The notes under the pieces: model-generated
The model's database searches: none
What the model was told of the DNA's origin: nothing
Seen by the model: only the letters and a program-made list of their open reading frames with translations
Shown: positions 23,117 through 31,200 of the stretch, piece after piece
Numbering within the stretch: the first letter of the stretch is position 1
Layout of the letters: each line of letters begins with the position of its first letter
Made by a program: the position numbers and the translations under genes
NCBI GenBank assembly: GCA_041657425.1
Contig: JBBABY010000003.1
Span: 60,001-92,000 of the forward strand
Source of the DNA: an archaeon
GTDB taxonomy: Archaea; Iainarchaeota; Iainarchaeia; Iainarchaeales; CSSED10-239
Length of the DNA stretch: 32,000 bases
Direction of reading: 5' to 3'

Positions 23117-23183
23117 CTCTTTTAATAGAAACCTTTATTAACAATGACTTATAACACCTATATAATAATATGGTGACTAAAAT

Positions 23184-24509
23184 ATGGTAAAAGCACGTAT
23201 AAGCGCGGAAGAGTGGGATAAAATTAAGAAGGATACTGGCATCGTTGAAAGTGATGGAGAAGCACATCATGTGCATGATGAAGAACCGGAACCCGTTGCC
23301 ACTCCAACAAAACAATATTCACAAGTGGGGCAGATGCAAGCAGCAAAGGGCGGGAAACCGGCTGGTGCAGTGACAGAATGGAAGTCACACGAAGGTTATG
23401 ACGCACAAGCAGAATCTTTTGCTGGAAAACACCCAACGCTTGCAAAGGCCGTGGATATTGGGAAGAAAGTCGCCGGTAAAGTGGGTGAATTTGTTGAAGA
23501 AGAAATGATTCATCACGGTGCCGCAGAACGAAAAAAACCAACTAAAGAAGAACAGGAAGAAAAGAAAAAGAAAAAACAAAAAGAATTATCATCCATTGAA
23601 AAGAAATTACAAGAAGGATTAACGGGAGATGGTGAAGAGGATAAAGACAAGGATGAAGAATCAGATAAAAAATCAAAAAAATCTAAAGTATTAGCAGGAA
23701 GTTACAAATCTGCATATGAAAGCCAAAGTGGTATCTTTGGTTCTCGTGGTTATGAACCGGCGTTTAAATCTCAATTGAGAATGGGTTCATATCAACCCGC
23801 ATATAAAGCACAAATGCGAAAACCTTCTGAAGAAGCAGAATCGGAAATTACACAACTACCTACTACTAAAAAGCGCACAAAATCCGCTGTAGAAGAATTA
23901 ATGCCAAATGCACCCGCAGTTCCTTCACAACCTCAACGCTCGCCGGAACCAGAACCAGATCGATTTAACACACAAAACTGGCAATCTCTCGGTTTCCCCA
24001 ACACACTTCCACAAAGCGCGCGCGGTTCTTTATTCCGACCGGCACAACAGCAACCTGTAGTGCCTATGGTACGGCAACCGTATCAGCCGCACCCGACCGT
24101 TCAAACACTAATACCACAGAAACGCGCGCCAATGTCCGGCCCGATGCCAAGAATTGGTTTAAATATAAATGCCACGCCACAAATAATGAAACCAAAGACA
24201 ACGATTACACCTCCGCGCGCGCCATCGCGTGTCGTACAGAAAACAGCACCGTCACCCGCTCCAATGACATTTATGGGTGTTACATTGGGTGAGAAAAAGA
24301 AACAAGAACCCAATAAACCAATCACCAGAATGGGAGAAGGTTATAAACACGTCCCGTTGGTTGTCATGAATGGTATTTACCCGGCTGCGAGTTATAATCC
24401 CAATAAAGATTCTATAACAAAGAAATCTGTCATTCCAAAAATCCGCGCTACGGTTTCACCGAATGATTTTACGATGTTTGGAATGCGCGTTAAAAATAAG
24501 AAGAATTAA
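23184..24509 (+). CDS. low-complexity Lys/Glu-rich and Pro/Gln-rich basic protein
   Basis: 441-aa ORF. KKPTKEEQEEKKKKKQKE tract, three GxYxxA[YF][KE]xQ repeats, and a P/Q/R/K-rich C-terminal half. GGTGA SD 8 nt upstream. Confidence 0.65.
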   Translation: MVKARISAEEWDKIKKDTGIVESDGEAHHVHDEEPEPVATPTKQYSQVGQMQAAKGGKPAGAVTEWKSHEGYDAQAESFAGKHPTLAKAVDIGKKVAGKVGEFVEEEMIHHGAAERKKPTKEEQEEKKKKKQKELSSIEKKLQEGLTGDGEEDKDKDEESDKKSKKSKVLAGSYKSAYESQSGIFGSRGYEPAFKSQLRMGSYQPAYKAQMRKPSEEAESEITQLPTTKKRTKSAVEELMPNAPAVPSQPQRSPEPEPDRFNTQNWQSLGFPNTLPQSARGSLFRPAQQQPVVPMVRQPYQPHPTVQTLIPQKRAPMSGPMPRIGLNINATPQIMKPKTTITPPRAPSRVVQKTAPSPAPMTFMGVTLGEKKKQEPNKPITRMGEGYKHVPLVVMNGIYPAASYNPNKDSITKKSVIPKIRATVSPNDFTMFGMRVKNKKN

Positions 24510-24511
24510 TA

Positions 24512-24518
24512 TTTTTTT
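24512..24518 (+). terminator. oligo-T tract (T7)
   Basis: TAATATTTTTTTAA after the stop at 24509. Confidence 0.4.
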
Positions 24519-24703
24519 AAAGTTCTGGGTAAACCATCCGAACTTTGTTCATTTTATCCGTATACTCACGGAAGATGCTGGATGTCTTCTTTGCGTGGTT
24601 ATTCAGAGTTCCATACACATCATTCATTGATTCGGTTGCTTTCTTGTACATCTTTTTCACTTTCCTTGAGGCGTCTTGCCTCTACATACTACAATGCTTC
24701 GAT

Positions 24704-24747
24704 AGTATTTATAACTTTTCTATACGCGTATTATTATAGAAAGATTT
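24704..24747 (+). promoter_or_regulatory. TATA-like box plus conserved 33-nt palindromic box (copy A)
   Basis: AGTATTTATAA (24704-24714), then CTTTTCTATACGCGTATTATTATAGAAAGATTT (24715-24747). The box contains the perfect palindrome ATACGCGTAT (24722-31) and arms CTTTTCTATA / TATAGAAAG. It matches 26026-26058 at 30 of 33 positions. Confidence 0.6.
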
Positions 24748-24786
24748 GTAAGTAATAAACCAATAGTTATAAATAGGAGAATAATA

Positions 24787-25584
24787 ATGAGAATTTTGAA
24801 GACGTATACAGGAATGGTGATTCCAGATACTATAAGCAAAAAAATTGATTCTAAAAAGGCGCGCCCTTTAATACAAGACGGTGGCACTACACAAGGAACC
24901 ACAAAATCCGGGACAACCATATTCGTAGAAGGAGAAAACGAAGCAAGGAGAAGGCGCGCACTACAATACTTTTTGAAAGTTTATAATAATGATTTTTCAA
25001 CAAATGAACAGAAGAAGAATGGGAATTTGGTATATAGATTGACAAGTAAAATTGTGAAGAGAGGGTTCGCTTCTGCATCTTATGCTATTCCGAATCAAAA
25101 AGAAATAAAAAAATATCATATCGTCGGAAGAAAGATTTTTATTTTGAGTTTTACGGATCAAAGTTCTAAAATGGAATCTGTGATTACTCACGAATTAGTG
25201 CATACACGAAAATATGCAAACAACAAATTTGGTAATATTAGTCATAACGAACGAAAAATTGACTTCGAAACAGTGGGAAGAATTTCTAAAGAAGGATTAA
25301 AGCAAGATATAAATACTAAAACTCCGTGGACTGGTACATATTATAATGTAAACAATGCTACTCATAAGAAAACACATTACGGAAATCCAAGTTTGGTAAA
25401 ATTAAAATTACCATTTGAACAGAAAGTTAAAATAGCAGCCGAAGGAAAAATACGTGACCGTAAACTTCTAACGGGTTCAATCAATACAAATATTGTTGGT
25501 AAAGTAGCATCAACGCGCGCAGAGAAGTTATTTCCAAAATCATTCTTTAATATCAAATATGTGCTTGATAAAAAGAAGAAATAA
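24787..25584 (+). CDS. putative HExxH zinc metallopeptidase
   Basis: VITHELVHTRKY (HExxH) with a downstream HNE. 265 aa. AGGAGA SD upstream. Confidence 0.5.
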   Translation: MRILKTYTGMVIPDTISKKIDSKKARPLIQDGGTTQGTTKSGTTIFVEGENEARRRRALQYFLKVYNNDFSTNEQKKNGNLVYRLTSKIVKRGFASASYAIPNQKEIKKYHIVGRKIFILSFTDQSSKMESVITHELVHTRKYANNKFGNISHNERKIDFETVGRISKEGLKQDINTKTPWTGTYYNVNNATHKKTHYGNPSLVKLKLPFEQKVKIAAEGKIRDRKLLTGSINTNIVGKVASTRAEKLFPKSFFNIKYVLDKKKK

Positions 25585-25785
25585 TTATTTTTTAATCTCC
25601 TTATCAACTTCATCGTTTCCAATTATGAAATATTCGATAATTACTGAAATACAAATACAGACTCCAACAAAAAGTATTGGCACCCATGTTATGCATTCAC
25701 AGAGATAGTAAAATGAAATCACATTAGATACTAACATTCCTATAAGAACAAATATAAAATTGGTTGTTATTTTCATTGCAATCAA
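25585..25785 (-). CDS. small membrane protein
   Basis: 66 aa with two TM helices. Confidence 0.45.
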   Translation of the reverse strand: MIAMKITTNFIFVLIGMLVSNVISFYYLCECITWVPILFVGVCICISVIIEYFIIGNDEVDKEIKK

Positions 25786-25957
25786 CTCCTATAATATTTT
25801 GAATCAATTCTGTAGTCAATCTTTGTGGATCATTTTTCAATTTTTCATGATGGTTGTGTATAATAGAACATGTCAAACCAGTTTTATTATATTTCCGATT
25901 GTGTCTACTATATCTGTTTTGTGATATATAATCAGTCAAACGCATTCTTTTATTCAT
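25724..25957 (-). CDS. hypothetical basic protein
   Basis: 77-aa ORF overlapping the next gene by 62 nt. GGAGG directly abuts the ATG, so the start is uncertain. A 15-aa leaderless micro-ORF (25950-25997) precedes it. Confidence 0.35.
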   Translation of the reverse strand: MNKRMRLTDYISQNRYSRHNRKYNKTGLTCSIIHNHHEKLKNDPQRLTTELIQNIIGVDCNENNNQFYICSYRNVSI

Positions 25958-26016
25958 CCTCCATTATCAGAATCTTCATTAGATTATTGAGATCCATATA
26001 TATTATAGACTCGTAA

Positions 26017-26058
26017 CTATAAATACTTTTCTATACTCGTATTATAGTAGAAAGATTT
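26017..26058. promoter_or_regulatory. TATA-like box plus conserved 33-nt box (copy B)
   Basis: CTATAAATACT (26017-26027, identical to 6375-6385) overlapping CTTTTCTATACTCGTATTATAGTAGAAAGATTT (26026-26058). A second TTTAAATACTTT follows at about 26055-26066. Confidence 0.6.
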
Positions 26059-26106
26059 AAATACTTTCAACATTTAAGATCGTATTATATTTATTAGGTG
26101 AATAAT

Positions 26107-26355
26107 ATGTCTACAGAAAACGGCGTTTGGTTCTCAAGGGAAAAAATACTTATGATGTTTCGTACAGCTGAAAAAGAAAAAGGTCTGAATGTAAATAACA
26201 GATCTGTTGTTTTTAAGAAAATTGACGGTAAGATATTTGTATGGGTTGGAAGCCCGACAAAACAGAGCCAAGTAAAAAGTGGGATAATGTCTTTAAAAAA
26301 GATGGGATTTAAATATATTAGACTTATTAATGGAGACTTCTTTGTATCCAATTAA
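26107..26355 (+). CDS. hypothetical protein
   Basis: ATG at 26107 with an AGGTGA SD 5 nt upstream. The leader TTAGGTGAATAATATG parallels ATAGGAGAATAATAATG at 24787. Confidence 0.5.
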   Translation: MSTENGVWFSREKILMMFRTAEKEKGLNVNNRSVVFKKIDGKIFVWVGSPTKQSQVKSGIMSLKKMGFKYIRLINGDFFVSN

Positions 26356-26360
26356 CTTTT

Positions 26361-26891
26361 TTACACCCTCTCAAAACTAGGCATCTTTGGAACAACCATA
26401 GAATCAAACATTTTGTTTTTTATTAATAGTTTCAAAATATCTGAATACCATATCGTTTCTTCTTTTAAAAGTTCTTTCGCCAATAGTTGTATCTGGTCGC
26501 GGTTATTATTTACAATCTCTTTTGATGTATCTAAAACCGATATATACAATTTTCTTTTACAGGAAGTTTCTTTAAGCACATTATGAATCCAGTTTAATTC
26601 CACACACGCATTATTAAAATCTGCTCCACCACCACAATTTAAATAATAATCATCCCCACAAAACATTATATCTTGATTCAGTATCTTTGATTGTGCAAGT
26701 GGGCCAGTAAGATAAACAATAGCGCGCGCAAGTGGAGAACCATGTTTATAACCTTCCAATCTACCCCACGAATGTTTGCGCTGTTTTATAGTTACGCCAC
26801 GAAAATCCTGTTGTAATATTAATGCGGCTATAGTGTGTCCCGATTCGTGGTATGCGGCGCTTCGGGTTTCGTAGAGGGTGCGTTTGATCAT
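26361..26891 (-). CDS. stand-alone FtsH-like (M41-type) zinc metallopeptidase domain
   Basis: AAYHESGHTIAALIL matches the vAyHEaGHAl motif of the FtsH protease domain. 176 aa with no AAA+ module. Leaderless geometry, 21 nt from TTTATATGTA. Confidence 0.55.
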   Translation of the reverse strand: MIKRTLYETRSAAYHESGHTIAALILQQDFRGVTIKQRKHSWGRLEGYKHGSPLARAIVYLTGPLAQSKILNQDIMFCGDDYYLNCGGGADFNNACVELNWIHNVLKETSCKRKLYISVLDTSKEIVNNNRDQIQLLAKELLKEETIWYSDILKLLIKNKMFDSMVVPKMPSFERV

Positions 26892-26912
26892 GGGGTAATA
26901 TAGGTATTGATT

Positions 26913-26946
26913 ACATATAAATTATTAACCAAAACCTTTATATCCT
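26913..26946. promoter_or_regulatory. divergent promoter pair
   Basis: Minus-strand TTTATATGTA (26913-26922) is 21 nt from the ATG at 26891. Plus-strand TTTATATCCT (26937-26946) is exactly 20 nt from the ATG at 26967. Confidence 0.55.
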
Positions 26947-26966
26947 ACTATTCTCTATTATTAATT

Positions 26967-27371
26967 ATGGGCCTATTAGACAGAATTTCATACACAATGA
27001 GCGAAGTTAAAAAACAACGCGAAAAACAAGAACTAAAGCGCGCGCTTGAACTTAAAGCATTGCGCGACAGAGTAATCCCGATGTTCCGAAAAGTTATTGA
27101 GAAATATGATGCAGAAGTTAAATTCCTCGATACCGACGCTTATGTATCTGTAGGGGGGCGTGGTATATATATTCCTTATACCACAGATGAAATCCACTTG
27201 GATCTTAAACTTGATAATTTTGTTCACGACTACGGGTCTGCATCTAAACATAAAATGCGCGCGAAGTTAGAACAAAGTCTTGATGGATTGGATAATAAGA
27301 AGAGTGGTGGGTTTTGGAACGCAGATGTGGATATTAAAAGTTTCGATACGAGTTTGAATCGGAGGCATTGA
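26967..27371 (+). CDS. hypothetical protein
   Basis: ATG at 26967 (MGLLDRISY) is supported by promoter spacing. The track start at 26907 is a TTG inside the promoter region. Confidence 0.55.
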   Translation: MGLLDRISYTMSEVKKQREKQELKRALELKALRDRVIPMFRKVIEKYDAEVKFLDTDAYVSVGGRGIYIPYTTDEIHLDLKLDNFVHDYGSASKHKMRAKLEQSLDGLDNKKSGGFWNADVDIKSFDTSLNRRH

Positions 27372-27372
27372 A

Positions 27373-27639
27373 ATGACAGACTACGGCAAAACATCAAAAG
27401 AACTAGAAGAAGAATTTGAAAAGGAAGAAGAACCGACTGAAAAGGAATATATTAAAACATTCCCAAAGAAATTCAGCAGTTCTTTACCGCGCGCACGTCT
27501 GGGTGTGAAGATTCCCGACAGCATGAGTTATATGAATAGTATAGATTCTTTAAGTATAAAAATTCCACATTCGGATATTTATAATAAGGAATGGAGAAAC
27601 TTTGAGGCTCCGTTGTTTGGGAAGAAAAGAAAAAATTGA
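27373..27639 (+). CDS. hypothetical protein
   Basis: 88 aa with a GGAGG SD upstream. Acidic N-terminus, basic C-terminus. Confidence 0.5.
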   Translation: MTDYGKTSKELEEEFEKEEEPTEKEYIKTFPKKFSSSLPRARLGVKIPDSMSYMNSIDSLSIKIPHSDIYNKEWRNFEAPLFGKKRKN

Positions 27640-27645
27640 TTTTTA

Positions 27646-27858
27646 TTAAATATCAATAGAATATTTCATTCTAGCAAGTTCCAATGGGATTCTACCAATC
27701 TTTGGACTATATTCTTTTGATCTATGATTATTTCCACAAGAAATATCTTTAATCTCAATCATTGTTGTTGGTTTTAACTTTTTTACTTCTAGAGTTTCGA
27801 GGCCGATCCATGTTTTTGCTCCACTGATGCGACATAAAAATTTGCTACTGTTTACCAT
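27646..27858 (-). CDS. hypothetical protein
   Basis: 70 aa with a GGAG SD about 10 nt upstream. Confidence 0.5.
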   Translation of the reverse strand: MVNSSKFLCRISGAKTWIGLETLEVKKLKPTTMIEIKDISCGNNHRSKEYSPKIGRIPLELARMKYSIDI

Positions 27859-27953
27859 ATAGCATTTACTCCTATAAACGAAATCATAATATATGTGTAG
27901 TCTTTCATATTAATAAACCTTTCTGTTGTTCTCATTTCACACCACAAAATATT

Positions 27954-28199
27954 TTATAAATGTTCCCATGTAACTGCATAACCCTCATTATTGATGTAAC
28001 CATTTTTACAAGATAAAATTTCTTCACTAGCAATATGCCTTTTACCAGTTCTGTTATTTTGCATAGGTTCAGCCCATATTTTCCCATTTTTTATAAAATA
28101 TAAAAAACCGGGTTCTTTCACGACTTTCTGTTTCCCTACGACTTGACATTTACCAAGTTTCGTGCCATATATTCCACGTGGGATTTGTGTATCTGACAT
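27954..28199 (-). CDS. hypothetical protein
   Basis: 81 aa with an AAGGAGA SD 6-7 nt upstream. Confidence 0.5.
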   Translation of the reverse strand: MSDTQIPRGIYGTKLGKCQVVGKQKVVKEPGFLYFIKNGKIWAEPMQNNRTGKRHIASEEILSCKNGYINNEGYAVTWEHL

Positions 28200-28265
28200 C
28201 GTATTTCTCCTTTCGCAACATTTCGATTTTTACATCAAACTTCATTTGATAATATGTGTTTTGAA

Positions 28266-28283
28266 TATAAATACTTATTTATA
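28266..28283. promoter_or_regulatory. back-to-back TATA boxes TATAAATA-CT-TATTTATA
   Basis: Inverted pair in the 92-nt gap between the giant ORF stop and the gene at 28199. Probably the promoter of the 28199 operon, which has an SD-containing leader. Confidence 0.4.
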
Positions 28284-28291
28284 CATTATTC

Positions 28292-31200
28292 TTATTTCTT
28301 CCCCTTCCCTTTCTTCTTCAGCGGCAACGAAGAAGGTAATGATATTGATTTGAGTCCCGTATTTGAAGTAGACTTGTGTGTTAACCCTGCGGGCATTTTA
28401 AACTGTGCGAACTGTGGTGTTGATACTTTTATAGCCACACGCGGGGCCGCTTTAGCGGGTCTCTGTTGCGTAGACATATTGAACTTTGGCAATGACACTT
28501 TTGGTGCTGCGCGTGGTGCAGTGGGCTTCTGTGGCACTTTGGCGGGTCTTTGTGTAGATTGTTTAACAGCAACCTTTGGTTTCGGTGATGCGATTCCAAA
28601 TGTAGGCAATGATGATTTCTGACCAAATACAATGTTTGAACCGGCTTTCAAGGCTTTTGCTGTAGCTGTTGCTGCTTCATAAGGGGTAAAGGGATAAGTA
28701 AATACTTGTTTGTGCTTCCTAAATCTTCTATCAAATCCTCCGCCACCCGCTCCACTAGATAACGCGCCTCCAAACAATAATGCCGATGGTATTTTACCGG
28801 ATTCTGGAGATTCTATAGGTGGTGAATATGGCGGGGGAAATCCATATCTAGGGGAGACGGTGGAAGGAGGTATAGATGCAGGAGAAGCCGGTATAACAGA
28901 TAAAGATCCAAACGCCGGTAAAGATATAGATGGTATTAAAGAAATTGATGGACTGGGTTCTGATGGTGTAGAAGGACTCGGTTTGGAAGGGGGTGTAGAC
29001 TCTGATGGGGTAGTGGCAGAAGGCATCGATACCATTTTTGACACTTCCGACGATACAGAAATTGATTTGGATGGTATCGATAATGATTTTACTTCAAGTT
29101 TAGACTCCGAGGCAGATAAGTAAGATAATGATTTTGGTGTGGGTTTAATTTGTGAAAATTTTGATAATGATGCAGCAGATACGCGCCCGCTCGTAGTACT
29201 CATTTTGCCAACTGACAGACTTGTGATTTTTTGTGATGGTGTTTCGACAGATTTTATTTTTTGTACCCCTACACTATATGACGGTATCAAATTTAATGCG
29301 GGGGATGGTGTTAAAATACTACCCAACCCCATACTCCTTAAAATAGGTGAAGGTGTGGGTTGGTATTCCCCCAAATTGATAGAAATTGGAGAAGTGCCTT
29401 CAAAGCGTGTTTGGTATGCAGCACGAACACTTTTAGATGTTTCCGGCCCCCACGTCTCTAACCATGCGTTTAGCTTGTTTTCAGCTACATTTGCCTTATT
29501 ACGTGTGCTAGCACTTTCTGATTTTTTTAGTGTTTCAATATTAGCACGCTCTCCGAAGTAATAATCAGGAATATCTTTTACCCTTCCCTCAAATCGTGGG
29601 ACAAGTCTCCCCGAAACAGTAAACGGTTGGATATCAGAACCAGCATACGCCTTACTTGTCACGCTTTTTACATCTGGTGTATATTCAATCGGACCTACAA
29701 GTTTTCTACCTACTTGTTCCGAAAAAGATATAACCGGCACCCCTTCTTTCGTCATGACCGAAGGTTCTATCCTCATTCCAAGCCCGGTATATTTCGTGGA
29801 TATTGGGGAAGCAATATTAGCACCCTGCGCCATCAATTCTTCCGGTGAAGGATTTTCGTTGTGAATATCAAAAAGTTTTGAATTTCCAATTTTAACAGTG
29901 GCAAGATTTCCATTTATATCCACGGAGGCAACATTTTTACCGGCGGCACGATTAATTGAATTTGTTACATCTTTTGCAAAATCCACAGATTGTAATTTTC
30001 CTTTCTCTCCTGATGGAAGCATAATATCTAAATCGTTTGCCGGTCTTCCCAGAGTTGGATACCCTATTTCTTTTCCAACCCCACGCTGAACCGATGAACC
30101 GTATAACCGCGCTTTGTAGTCTTTCAAAGTGGCAACTATACTATTGGCAACTTTTCCAGAATTTGGAATATTATAAGTTTCCACAACATCACGGACGGCA
30201 GGAGTAACTTCATGAAGTTGAAGTTTTGAACCACTGGTTGTCGCACGAATATCAAGCCCCAATTCTATTTTGGGCTTTTCGATGCCAGCAAGACTAGAAA
30301 CCATATAGGTTTCAAGTGGGGTTTTTGGTGCAAATGTTGAAATCTTGCCGAATGTATCTGGCGCAAATCTAAATTCCTCTGATGACACTTTAGGAGAACC
30401 TAAAAATAACCTCGTCCCTTCAGGAGATGTTTTCAATCCCCCAAATATTGTAGATACTCTTTCTATCTGACCAGAAGCACCAGATGTTTTCGATATCCCA
30501 AGTGTGGTATATTTTGATACTGGAAGCACATCACCGGAAGATGGAACGATAGTAGCTCGTCCTATTGATACTTTATAGGGGAAAATTTCTGTGGGGGTTT
30601 TTGCAAGAAGTCCTTCGCCTTTGTAATAACTTTCTGTCTGTATTGGGGTAATACCACCATATCCCAACCCAAACCCTCCTAACATTGTACTAGTTTTTGC
30701 AATCTCCCCACCTCTTGCAAATGCGGTAGGTTGGTTGTAAATATTTAATGCGGATTCTCCCAATATAGCTGTACCAACACCCACTTTTGCAATATTTCCT
30801 ATACCACTAATTAACGGAGCACTAGAATATTCACCCAGTTTTGCAATGGCAGGAATACCACTTTCCGCTGCTTTTGTTACACCCATTCTTAAAAGATTTT
30901 CACCATATCCCAATGCGGCACCAGTAAGATATGATTCCGATGCTATTTTTGCAATGTCTAGCGGATGCTGTTGCAATTCTGAATATACCCCAAGTGATGT
31001 ATCAGAAATTTGACTTAAAACATCAGTCTTTTTCCCGATATCCATCTGTGTTTCTGATGATAAAGATGGAAGTAAATTTGATATGTTTTTTTGTACAGAT
31101 TCATAAACGCTAGGTTCAATTGTTGTTCTTTCAGATGATAATGTATAAGTTTGAGGTGTGGGTTTATAACCCGTTGGTGCTTGTGAAACATATGGAGATG

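Noticed and set aside
23520-23700. A/G-rich simple-sequence tract (aaagaagaacaggaagaaaagaaaaag...)
   Set aside because: It is in frame within ORF 23184..24509 and encodes the K/E-rich segment, so it is coding low complexity rather than a non-coding microsatellite.
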